A DNA stretch of 20,727 bases from Octopus sinensis (Eukaryota), in contig NW_021823924.1 of assembly GCF_006345805.1 (NCBI RefSeq), positions 1-20,727 of the forward strand, written 5' to 3'. Position numbers and translations under genes: made by a program. A model generated the notes under the pieces. The model was given only the letters and a program-made list of their open reading frames with translations. It was not told the DNA's origin and searched no databases. Shown here piece by piece: positions 1 through 10,224 of the stretch. Numbering within the stretch: the stretch's first letter is position 1; each line of letters opens with the position of its first letter.

Positions 1-218
1 ATAAAGTTAATCCAAACAAGAAAACAAAAAGACAACAACGCGAGGATGTGGAACAATAAAGTATTATTGGGCGCTCAGGAAGAAGGGAAGAAGGCGGGTA
101 TGACGTTTCGAGCGAAGCTCTTCGTCGGAAACATAGGAGAAAGAAAGATCCCGAGGTGGGGAGGGAAAGAGGAAAAAAAATGCAAGTGGTCTTCACGAGG
201 CCACATACATGAAAAGGC
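1..218 (-). mobile_element. Unclassified short repeat carrying a hammerhead-like motif (possible Penelope-like pseudo-LTR remnant), probably cut by the window start
   Basis: Purine-rich on the + strand, ends at a (TA)n tract and contains the motif at 98-132. Family assignment is inference. Confidence 0.45.
98..132 (-). ncRNA. Minimal type I hammerhead-ribozyme-like motif (U4C core)
   Basis: Minus strand reads GUUU-CCGACGA-A-GAGC-UUC-GCUC-GAAAC-GUC|AUAC. It has a 4-bp stem II with G10.1-C11.1, a palindromic ACGU at stem III, a GUC site and a 3-of-4-pair stem I. Confidence 0.55.
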
Positions 219-240
219 CATATATATATATATATATATA

Positions 241-285
241 TTACTCGTTCCAGCCATACGGCCGTGGTCATGCTGGAGCACCACC
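241..285 (-). mobile_element. 3' tail fragment of a tRNA-derived SINE
   Basis: ttactcgttccagccat...gtggtcatgctggagcaccacc matches the tail at 12159-12203 (ttacttgttttagtcattggactgtggccatgctgaagcaccgcc). Confidence 0.6.
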
Positions 286-379
286 ATAATTGGTGCCAAT
301 TAATTCGAATTTCTCAATAAAAACGTATTGTTGGGATTCTTGCTGTTTCTGGCTGTGCACCAATTTAGTGATTTAATGT

Positions 380-380
<1 letters not shown>

Positions 381-412
<32 letters not shown>

Positions 413-419
413 ATTATTA

Positions 420-454
<35 letters not shown>
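381..454. repeat. Interrupted (TA)n microsatellite
   Basis: Directly visible. A second (TA)n tract lies at 219-241. Confidence 0.95.
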
Positions 455-458
<4 letters not shown>

Positions 459-800
459 GGGGCTCCGTATCGACATAACCCTGCAATACACATATGCAAA
501 ATAGGAGGAATAAATAAACGAAAACAATTCCTTACCGTTAATAGCGAACATGTTTCTAGATCGGAGGTGAGAAAATGCCTCGTGTCTTTCATCAGCGCAA
601 TCTTCGTTAGCTGTATCAAATGCCATCAGCCTCCACTTTTGACCAGGCGTCATCAAATAGTGGGGGGAAAGTGAGCATAGGCTAAAGCTATGTAGACGAT
701 TGAATCCGTAAATTCTCCCTCCAAAATTCTGCCATGCGCACCACAAGGATAGTCGTTAGGGAGTGAAAAATCCAATATAATAATAAGGGTAAATAATTTT
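455..800 (-). repeat. Left arm of a ~350-bp inverted repeat (partner 927-1279)
   Basis: Reverse complement of 927-1279 with about 13 substitutions and 2 indels (~96%, aligned by eye). Confidence 0.95.
541..601 (-). ncRNA. Hammerhead-ribozyme-like motif with intact CUGAUGA core
   Basis: Minus strand reads AUUGCG-CUGAUGA-[A AGA cac GAGG..CCUC cga UCU A]-GAAA-CAUG-UU|CGCUAU. Stem I has 5 of 6 pairs and stem III is the palindrome ACAUGU. Confidence 0.6.
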
Positions 801-877
801 TTCGATGGTTTTTCAGGCAACCAACAATTATTTACCGGTAGATTTCGGTATGTAAATATGACCTTTAACGGTGGGAA

Positions 878-927
878 CTTCTGTGGAGTTCAGTATATAT
901 AGTATATAAGTAGAAGGGCAGGCAACA
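878..927 (+). repeat. 50-bp segment, perfect inverted copy of 1347-1396
   Basis: cttctgtggagttcag...gggcaggcaaca is the exact reverse complement of 1347-1396. Confidence 0.95.
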
Positions 928-1279
928 AAATTATTTACCCTTATTATTATATTACAATTGGATTTTTCACTCCCTAACGACTATCCTTGTGGTGCGCATG
1001 GTAGAATTTTGGAGGGAGAATTTACGGATTCAATCGTCTATATAGATTTAGCCTATGCTCACTTTCCCCCCGCTATTTGATGACGCCTGGTCAAAAGTGG
1101 AGGCTGGTGGCATTTGATAAAGCTAACGAAGATGGCGCTGATAAAAGACATGAGGCATTTTCTCACCTCCGATCTAGAAACATGTTCGCTATTAACGGTA
1201 AGGCATTGTTTTCGTTTATTTATTCCTCCTATTTTGCATATGTGTATTGCAGGGTTATGTCGTATACAGATCCCCACTT
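927..1279 (+). repeat. Right arm of the ~350-bp inverted repeat
   Basis: Reverse complement of 455-800 at ~96%. Confidence 0.95.
1132..1192 (+). ncRNA. Hammerhead-ribozyme-like motif, second copy (G8A core change)
   Basis: AUGGCG-CUGAUAA-stem II-GAAA-CAUG-UU|CGCUAU. Stem I is fully paired over 6 bp, including one G-U. Confidence 0.5.
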
Positions 1280-1346
1280 GTAGAAAATGGAAATAAACAG
1301 TCTCTGACTGCTATTTCTAATTCTTTCGGTATGCGGCAAAGCAACC

Positions 1347-1396
1347 TGTTGCCTGCCCTTCTACTTATATACTATATATACTGAACTCCACAGAAG
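1347..1396 (-). repeat. 50-bp segment, inverted copy of 878-927
   Basis: Exact reverse complement of 878-927. Confidence 0.95.
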
Positions 1397-1850
1397 CTCT
1401 CTGCTGCAAGAACTGCGGGACGCCATCAAAGCGGAGAAACGTGGCATGCTGACCAAAGGAGTCTGCCTCACCCAAGACAACGCCTCAGTTCACAATGTGT
1501 ATGCTGCCCAGATGAAAGCTCACACCTACGGTTATGAAATCCTTCCTCATCCCCTTTACTCTCCCGATCTCACACCATGTGACCTCTACCTCTTTCCAAC
1601 CATGAAGTCTTTTTTGAAGGGGAAGCACTTTTCAGATGATGCTGAACTTATTTCCGAGGTAAAGTCTTGGCACCAGATGCAACCTACCGACTTCTCTACA
1701 GACGCGGTCTTCACAGCAGCATAAGGCGATGGAAGAAGTGTGTCACCACTGGTGGTGGCTATGCAAAGAAGGACTAATAATTATGTCAAGTATCCTTTAT
1801 CCCGATCCTTTGAAGTGGGTTAGGGAAAATCTTTAATGAACACCCCTCGT
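1397..1850 (+). mobile_element. 5'-truncated mariner (D34D) transposon: transposase C-terminal remnant plus right TIR
   Basis: Frame from 1398 reads SLLQELRDAIKAEKRGMLTKGVCLTQDNA...HPLYSPDLTPCDLYLF, with 34 residues between the 2nd and 3rd catalytic Asp. A frameshifted tail reads RRWKKCV...GGYAKKD*. The element ends in the TIR-like aatgaacacccctcgt. Resemblance to the irritans subfamily is tentative. Confidence 0.92.
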
Positions 1851-1854
1851 GTGT

Positions 1855-1893
<39 letters not shown>

Positions 1894-1946
1894 CACACCC
1901 AAACACATACACATACGTGTGTGTTTGTGTGTGAATGTGTGTGTGT
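1851..1946. repeat. (TA)n/(CA)n/(TG)n microsatellite cluster
   Basis: Directly visible. Another (TA)n tract lies at ~2237-2270. Confidence 0.9.
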
Positions 1947-2234
1947 ATGCGTTATTGTTTATCCTGCAATTCGTTTGGATTTGGAGTCTCTAGACTGCGG
2001 TGCAATAGATGCAGTGAGTGACCCATGTGTGACCTTCATGACTCGTTGTGTATTCAGCCAGCCATTTGTGAAGGTATGCGTAACTGGAGAACAAATCCGT
2101 GTTTACGTTTGTGAGTACCTATCTGTCCTTAAGCATTGCTTGAGTTGACCTTGGGCCTTTCACTATTTAAGTACCCTATTCTCTTGAACCCTGAAAATAT
2201 TTTGTATACTCTCTCTCACTCTCACACACGTGTA

Positions 2235-2271
<37 letters not shown>

Positions 2272-2560
2272 CCAGTAATATACACGGGACGATTGAGTAA
2301 ACGTCCTTGCTTGTAAAATAAAATAGGGAACGGAGTATAAATGAAAAACAGTTCATATCAGCCCTAGTCAAAAGTAATTATGTTTTTGGCTCCGAGGTTA
2401 TTTTTGTTTGTATCTTTATTGTTTATTTTGTAACGAAAGTCTTGTTTTTTTTTATGACACAGTTCAATATATTGTCGCCTGTTTTTCTTAAAACTTTAAA
2501 GGTATCGATTTCAAACACGAACGCTAAACTACACATCTGAAAAATGGGTAGAGGCAATTG

Positions 2561-2745
2561 TATCGATTATTCCGTAATTTACGGGTACATAGTTTATCCA
2601 CCCCGAAAGGATGAAAGGCAAATACGAAAAAGAGAGAGTAAGAGCAGGATGCGAACTCAGAACGTAAAGAAACGTAAGGGAAAAAAATAAAGAAAAATAC
2701 TACACGGTATCTTATCCACCGCTTAGGCTACTCTACGACTGCAAG
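2561..2745 (-). mobile_element. Degenerate tRNA-derived SINE (family of the 5074-6086 array)
   Basis: tttatccaccccgaaaggatgaaaggcaaa and gaactcagaacgtaaaga match the array units. Confidence 0.6.
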
Positions 2746-3140
2746 AATATTATCGATTAAAATACAGTAAAATTATTATTGAAATGAAATATCTCCAGCT
2801 ACCTTCCTACCCTGTAAGAAAGAAACAAACGAAATAATAAAACATGTCTCTAAAAAAAAAATGACATGAATTAATAATAATTAAAATATTATATTACGGG
2901 TATAGTGTATGTAGACACACCCAAGTAACGATTCGTCTTTCCTATAATGGTGAAAAAGAAAATAAAAAGAAAAGCGAAAGAAATTCGTGTCACTGCTTAA
3001 TTAAAGACCGTTTCTCAAGTTTAAAGTTGGAATCGAACTGTAGTTCGATCCTAACATCAAACAATAATATTTGTATTTATTTTTATTTATTATTTATATA
3101 TTATTTATGTGTTTACTTAGCTGGGTAGCTTTTTCTATTT

Positions 3141-3144
3141 CTAT

Positions 3145-3180
<36 letters not shown>

Positions 3181-3227
3181 AATTTACATATTCATATATA
3201 TATATGTTAACATATATATATATATAG

Positions 3228-3259
<32 letters not shown>

Positions 3260-3304
3260 TATATATTATATATATACACTATATGTATGTATATATATAT
3301 ATAT

Positions 3305-3345
<41 letters not shown>
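3141..3345. repeat. Long interrupted (TA)n microsatellite
   Basis: Directly visible. Confidence 0.95.
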
Positions 3346-3346
<1 letters not shown>

Positions 3347-3513
3347 TTGTGTGTGTGTGCGTATGTATGCACGCATGAATATATACAGACATACATAATC
3401 ACACATAAGGTTATTCCTGTATTATTATTTTTTTTCATCAATTTCTGAAGAATTTCTTTTGCAAACTTTACAATAGTCCATACGCCTATTTCTCTCGATA
3501 TCTTTGAATATAA

Positions 3514-3675
3514 TGTTGTTGTTGCTGTTGTAATTATTGTTGTTGTTAACACCTTGTTGTTGTTGTTCTTGTTGTTGTTGTTGTTCTTCTTCTTCTTCTT
3601 CTTCTTCTTCTTCTTCTTCTTCTTCTTCTTCTTCTCTTCTTCTTCTTCTCCTTCTTCTTCTTCTCCTTCTTCTTC
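3514..3675. repeat. Compound (TTG)n/(TTC)n triplet microsatellite
   Basis: Directly visible. It explains the poly-E/Q/R/L/F ORFs. Confidence 0.95.
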
Positions 3676-3762
3676 GCCGTTTCTTAGTCTTTTGTCTCAT
3701 ATAATCAGGCTCGTTACTCCCGCTACTATTTGCTACTCTTTCCAACTAAATCCATTACATTG

Positions 3763-3795
3763 TCTCCTCCTCCTCCTCATCATCATCATCACCAC

Positions 3796-3854
<59 letters not shown>

Positions 3855-3916
3855 ATCATCACCATCATCACCACCACCACCACCACCACCACCACCACCA
3901 GCACCACCAGCCCACC

Positions 3917-3947
<31 letters not shown>

Positions 3948-3963
3948 CCACCACCACCACCAC
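3763..3963. repeat. Compound (CTC)n/(CAT)n/(CAC)n triplet microsatellite
   Basis: Directly visible. It explains the poly-H/I/T/P ORFs. Confidence 0.95.
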
Positions 3964-5055
3964 TGTACTCACACCAACTCGGATCCGGAATAGTATCACC
4001 TGTTAGTTTCCCAGCTAAGGGTTATCTACCATGTGAATCACTGAGAGTGAAGAACTCCTAGTTTATGTTAGAACTTCTTTTTAGGGGAAGGTAAACTCGT
4101 TTAAAGAAAAGCGTAAGTGCGGTCGGTTTCGGATCGTCTCAATCTTTGTTGTGTTTTAGGGGTTAGAACTGATTGCGCCGAAAAGTGTGTTCAGTACTCT
4201 GCAACACTTTATCCACTCAAAACAAATTCACGCACAGGAACTCTTTGGATCCTGGGAACCCTTGCATGGACTTACTGAATTTAGGAAATGGTCTTACTCT
4301 GTCACAAGTTAACTTGCACCATGCATGTATGCATGGATGGGTGGGTGGATGGATGGATGAATAGGATGTTGGGTGGTACGATGGATGTGTGGTAGTTATT
4401 TCCCTCCAGATGCGTAGGTAATCACCTTGTGGAGGGTGTATTCACACCTTATAAGTACTTAATTATCGATGTTTGAAATGTCTTGCCTTTAAGTCTGAAG
4501 TTAGCATTTGTAATGAGATTCCAGTATTTGAAGAAATTTAGGTCGTAATTAATTTATTGAGGATTATTCAGATCAAAAATTTGTTGGAAGTGTAGAGTTT
4601 GGAATTGGTGTTGTTTCAATGTAAAGAGTATTCATTGTTTTAACTTTGATATAAATAGAATCTTTGTTTTGATCCAAAGTTTAAAAAATAGAGCCGCCAA
4701 TGAAAGAAACGTGTGAGGTCTGTATTGAAGGCGGCTGTGTATTTTAGTGGTGGTGAAATTGCGTGTGAACAATGTCCGCGGGAAAGAATATTTGAGCAGT
4801 GTTAGATTGCATCTTGGGCAATCGAAAAGTGAACAAATCTGCATGAAAAAAGATTTCAGTATTATTAGATTGTGACTTCAGCATCAAAATGTGGATTATT
4901 TAAATTTTCAGCTATTGGGGGATTTTACTAAAGCTCTGAAGCTCTCTCGTCTTGATAGAAAAAGGAATTTGCAAACGCTTGTTAAACACAGAAAGAACGA
5001 AACTACTGGAATATTCAGATGAATGTTAATATAAAAAAACTCTAAACGACGTATA

Positions 5056-5073
5056 TATGAGCAGCGTTTTATT
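5056..5073 (+). other. Left copy of an 18-bp target-site duplication (right copy 6087-6104)
   Basis: tatgagcagcgttttatt occurs identically on both sides of the SINE array. Confidence 0.9.
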
Positions 5074-6086
5074 CTTTTCTACTCCATGTACAAGGCCCGA
5101 AATTTTTGGAGAGGGGACCAGTCGATTAGATCGACCCCAGTACGCAGCTGGTACTTAATTTATCGACCCCAAAAAGATGAAAGGCAAAGTCGACTTCAGT
5201 GGAATTTGAACTCAGAACGTAAAGACAGATGAATTACCGCTAAGCATTTCGCCCGGCGCGCTAACGTTTCTTATTTCTTTACTGCCCGTAAGGGGCTATA
5301 CACACAGGGGATAAACAAGGACAGACAAACGGATTAAGTCGATTATATCGACCCCAATGCGTAACTGGTACTTATTTAAATCGACCCCGAAAGGATGAAA
5401 GGCAAAGTGACCTCGGCGGAATTTGAACTCAGAACGTAACGGCAGACGAAATACCCACTTCTTTACTACCCACAAAGAGCAAATACAGAGAGGACAAACA
5501 AGGAAGAGACAAACGGATTAAGTAAATTATATCGACCCCAGTATAACTGGTACTTAATTTATCGACCCCGAAAGGATGAAAGGCAAAGTTGACCTCAGCG
5601 GAATTTGAACTCAGAACGTAGCGGCAGACCAAATACCTATTTCTTTATTACCCACAAGGGGCTAAACACAGAGGAGACAAACAAGGACAGACATAGGTAT
5701 TAAGTCGATTACATCGACCCCAGTGCGTAACTGGTACTTAATTTATCGACCCCGAAAGGATGAAAAGCAAAGTCGACCTCGGCGGATTTTGAACTCACAA
5801 CGTAACGCAGACGAAATACCGCTAAGCATTTCGCCTGGCGTGCTAACGTTTCTTATTTCTTTACTGCCCACAACGGGCTTCACACAGAGGGGACAGACAA
5901 GAACAGACAAAGGGATTAAGTCGATTATATCGACCCCAATGCATAACTGGTACTTATTTAATCGACCCCGAAAGGATGAAAAGGCAAAGTTGACCTCGGC
6001 GGAATTTGAACTCAGAACATAGCGGCAGACGAAATACCGCTAAGCATTTCGCTCGTCATGCTAACGTTTCTGCCAGCTCGACATTT
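5074..6086 (-). mobile_element. Head-to-tail array of five tRNA-derived SINE units (5074-5270, 5271-5455, 5456-5637, 5638-5852, 5853-6080)
   Basis: Each unit has tcgaccccgaaaggatgaaaggcaaag and the B box (minus strand gagttcaaattcc). Only the last unit keeps the complete A-box head (minus strand cgagctggcagaaacgttag). Confidence 0.92.
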
Positions 6087-6843
6087 TATGAGCAGCGTTT
6101 TATTGCTAATTAAAAATGTTAATAATAAATATAGTTTTGGAAAATACCAATTACAAAATTTTTTAGAATCAGTTCAATATCATATTGTATATATAGATAT
6201 AAGCTTGGATCTATAATTCGGAGAAAGATTATCGACACGGAATTGTAGATAAAATATTTCGATATATCTTAGATGTAACTATGACATCTCATTTTGTCCT
6301 GGAGAAGAAGTTTCAAGTTGATCAGCCAGTAGTCGTTAGTTTTTGCACTCTGTTTCTTTTTATCTTCGACTTTTTCGTTCGATACATCACTCTATATCCG
6401 CCCCTCCTTATCTTTGGTTAGATGTTAAATACTTTCGTTCTAGCTTCGGATAGATGAATCGATAACCGATAGAAAGAACACGGAAATGGCAGCCAAGTTG
6501 CTTTTTGATAATATTTTCCTGTCGTATCCCAAGCTAGCCCACCTCCCAATACATGTACTTCCACCCTCCTCCGTACCAACACCAACGCCAACACCAACAC
6601 CAACTCCAATACTAACACCAAAATTTCGATATTGCCCGAATGATCGATGTATCTCATTTCAAGTTGGATATTTAATGCCTAACTTTCGTAAATCTTTAGT
6701 CGTATGTTCTATCATCTTCCATGTGTTGCGCCATTAATAAGATCTTCAGAGATCGCAAGGGAATTAAAGAATGTTCTTCAAGTCCCAAGCTGCTTATTAT
6801 GACTTCATATCGAATACGATCTTCAACAGATCTTCTCCCTATC

Positions 6844-6862
6844 AATAATAATAATGATGATG

Positions 6863-6912
<50 letters not shown>

Positions 6913-7025
6913 TAATAATAATAATGATAATAATAATAAATATTAATAATAACTACAGCAGCAGCAACAACAACAACAACAACAACAACAGCAACGTCAA
7001 CAACAACAACAAGATCATCAACAAT
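6844..7025. repeat. (AAT)n then (CAG)/(CAA)n triplet microsatellites
   Basis: Directly visible. A short (CCAACA)n-like tract also lies at ~6575-6618. Confidence 0.93.
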
Positions 7026-7193
7026 GCAATAATGACGGTGATGGTAATAAATTCAATAAGGGATCAATTATTAATAATTAAGTTTTTTTTAATTGAACAT
7101 TTAGTTGGGAACATAAAAAGACAAGGGATTGTGTATGTGTGTGAGGGAGAGAGAGTATGTACACGTATGTACAATATTCTTTTTAGACGGTGA

Positions 7194-7210
7194 CATATAT
7201 ATATATATAT

Positions 7211-7283
<73 letters not shown>

Positions 7284-7322
7284 GCATGTATGTATGCATG
7301 TATGTATGTGTGTGTGTGTGTT
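7194..7322. repeat. (TA)n/(TATG)n/(TG)n microsatellite
   Basis: Directly visible. Confidence 0.95.
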
Positions 7323-7927
7323 TATGCTGGTATATGTACATTATATGTATGTGTGTACGTCCGTTTATGTATATAGTGTATGTGTGTAGAGGAGAAACCG
7401 AATATCGCCACAAAGATTTTATTGAACCTAAGTCCCCTAAAAAAACATCGGCTTTTTGATCTAAGGATTGTCTCATTGATTCATAGCTTAGTTCTGCTAA
7501 AGTAGCCAACCTTGTAATTGATTTCTTTGTCATGTAATACAATTTTGTTAGATAATTGATTGGAGATCTAACCTAACCCCAATTTTTTGTTTTAGCTTTT
7601 AAAATTAACAAACACAAATTATAATTTCTTTTGTATATGTATATATATTTTTATATGGAGTTTTATTTTACCGTGTTGTTGTTGATGCTGTTGTGTTTTG
7701 CGATGTATCCTTCAACGTAGCTTCGCAATGTCAATGTTTTTCAGAAACGGTTTAGGAAATAGAGTAGATGATTTCACGTCTTAAAGAGCTGCTTTTATTG
7801 TATATTTTTTACTAAATTTTTTTTTCTAAGAATATTTTTTCCATTTTTTTTTTGCGTGTGTAACTCGGCGAGTTTCCTTGATATTATTGTGAGGTAAATT
7901 CTCGTTTGTGGATTTCTATTAAAAAAT

Positions 7928-8355
7928 AGGTATGGCTCTGTGGTAAGAAGCTTGCTTCCCAGCCACATGGTTCCGGGTTCAGTCCCACTACGTGGCGCCT
8001 TGGGCAAGTGTCTTCTTCTAATACAGCCTCGGACCGAGCCAGAACTTTGTAGTGGATTTGGTAGTCAGAAATTGAAAGAAGCCAGTCGTATTTATATATA
8101 TTCGTATTTATATATATATAAATATATAATATATCTGTGTGGTGTGTGTGCGTGTTTGTCCCCCAGTATCGCTTGACAACCGGTGTTGGTGTGTTTACAT
8201 CCCCGTAATTTAGTACTTCGGCAAAAGTGGCCGATAGAATAAGTGCCAGACTTAAAACAAGTCATTGGATTGATTCAATCGACTAAAGATTCTTCAAGGC
8301 CGTGCTCCAGCATGACCACAGTCTAATAACTGAAATAAGTAAAAGATAAAAGATA
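7928..8355 (+). mobile_element. tRNA-derived SINE with internal microsatellite
   Basis: A-box-like tggctctgtggtaag, B-box-like gggttcagtccc, ccttgggcaagtgtcttct core, internal (TA)n/(TG)n and an (AAAAGAT)n tail. Homologous to 10225-10656 and 12139-12615. Confidence 0.9.
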
Positions 8356-9022
8356 ATAATATAAATGAATACCAGGCCAATGCGAGGGCATCTATGCGGT
8401 CATTTAGCTTGCTAGGAACAGCAGCTAAATATCCCCTCTACTCTCAATTCCTTGTCTTGTAAAATGAGTTAACCGTTGATAATTTCTTTCTTGATCCAAA
8501 CTTTGCACCTCCAAGACAAACCTAGGGGTAAATACCAAGAATAGTATTTAACTTTGCTATATACGGGTATTTCTTGTATATGTTGAGGACTTATAGAATT
8601 AAAAAATAAAATGGAAACAACGCAAAGCAATTATGTTCTAGAGAAACACTAATCATCTCAGTCTTATCAGAATTGTAGGAGACAGCATGTAAATGTTCTT
8701 AAGTTAATACCACTAAGTTTTTTTTCTAATCCACGCTCAACAAATTCTACTAATCCACATATAATAAAACGTTGCAAGGGTTTTATTTTTCTTCATTCGT
8801 TTTAATGACAGAATTAAAATATTAGAAGAAATCCACATTTTGTAGGCGGAAGCTGTGTAGAAACCACTCTTATATAGACATATGCATACATACATATAGC
8901 TATACAGAGAGATATTCATGCATACGTCTGTGCGCGCGCACATACACATACACACACATACTATATGAGTGCGTGCGTGGGTATATGGGTGCTTACTTTA
9001 AGTGTAGTGCATATATGTCAAA

Positions 9023-9206
9023 CCAACACCACTTTACAACCGGTGTTAGTTTGTTTATGTCACTGTAACTTAACAGTTCGGCAAAAGATACCGATAAAAT
9101 ACTTACTAAATAAGTACTGAAATCGAATAATTCGACTAAACCCTTTAAGGCGATACTCCAGCGTGGCCGCAGTCCTACGACCGAAACAAGTAAAAGGTAG
9201 AAGATA
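9023..9206 (+). mobile_element. 3' half of the same SINE family
   Basis: gtaacttaacagttcggcaaaagataccgata...ctccagcgtggccgcagtc...gaaacaagtaaaag. Confidence 0.8.
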
Positions 9207-10224
9207 GCAGCTACCAGGGCTTCACTTTGACAAGTGCTTCAATTATACTTTCTTAATGACGTTGGTATTAATTTACTACATTTTTCGCTCGTTTTGGGTT
9301 TTTCTTCGGTTTTTAGCGGTTTGGTAAATATATTTTTATATTTTTGTTTCATATATTTTCGCAAAAATGATACCTAATGCTCCAATTATCATATACACTA
9401 TTTTCTGTGCTACTTTGGCGTGTGATTTACAACTTAGAGGGAGGTTATTTTTTGGAAAAACGGTGAAATTTTGATTCGTACCTCTACCAGTATACTGATC
9501 CACCTCATTATAAGAGAAAGTTTGCAATCGATTTTGTTATTTAAATCCTGTGCAGATAGACCGATAAGTTAGGCAGCTGCGTGTTTTGCAACGTAATGTT
9601 GGTAAAATTTCACCGTTTTCCCCCTTCGAGCTTCCTTCACTTCTCCACCACGACGGTGACATAGTATAACATTTTGTTCATCATTTAAAGGGCTCCTTTC
9701 TTCGTAAACATGCAACTGTCTTTGTCTCGTCGCTAATCGCATTGTAAAAATCTTTAGCCAAAATCTTAAGGGTTTTTAGAAAAGTAAACTAAAAGGTAAC
9801 CTAAAATAATCTCACTTTAAGACGTAGATCATACGCCAAAGTAGCACCCTGTTTTCTATTACGTGTGCTACAACTTGCTCATTTCAATCTCAAGGTGTTC
9901 GCAATTTGATTGTTTCTGCATCCATTTATTGGCAATGTTCCAGTAAAAATTAATTGAGGCACTGTCGTTATCATTATCGCTCGGGCAGCTCTTTTACTCT
10001 TTTACTTGCTTCTGTAAAAACTGTTGTGAGAGGTTCAATACCTCGCTTTGTTTATTCTGTTTAAAAACACAGAACAATGTTTTAGAGAAGAAGAAAATCG
10101 GCGGGCGTTTTTGCCTTCTCTCATCAATATCATCCTTATTTCATCATTCACCTCATCACTGTATATGTCCAGCCTGCAAGCTACATTTTGTAATGCCTTT
10201 ATGGCAAATTTTTATGAAATAAAT

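Noticed and set aside
365-1296. Paired similar ORFs on opposite strands (MTPGQKWRL.., MI.LTK.AL..)
   Set aside because: They are a by-product of the inverted repeat and resemble no protein family I recognise.
3184-4006. Long ORFs with poly-E/Q/H/I/T/P
   Set aside because: They are readings of triplet microsatellites in several frames on both strands, with no domain or splice support.
4891-5022. Acceptor-like ttttcag followed by a 36-codon frame (LLGDFTKALKLSRLDRKRNLQ..)
   Set aside because: No recognisable homology and no linked exon; such sites are common in AT-rich DNA.
5074-6086. Array as a CRISPR or satellite
   Set aside because: The context is eukaryotic, the units are ~180-230-bp SINEs with Pol III boxes, and there are no unique spacers or cas genes.
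6181-6840. Apparently CpG-rich unique stretch with a CCGCCC box (possible promoter)
   Set aside because: About 26 CpG in 660 nt is near expectation for its composition, and there is no other promoter evidence.
7380-7542. Protein-like stretch MTKKSITRLATLAELSYESMRQSLDQKADVFLGDLGSIK on the minus strand
   Set aside because: No proper acceptor or donor, it runs into a microsatellite, and I recognise no homology.
8375-8480. Possible old repeat fragment (gctaggaacagcagctaaat resembles gctggaaatagcagccaaa of the 11791-12040 arms)
   Set aside because: The match is too short and degenerate to call from this window alone.
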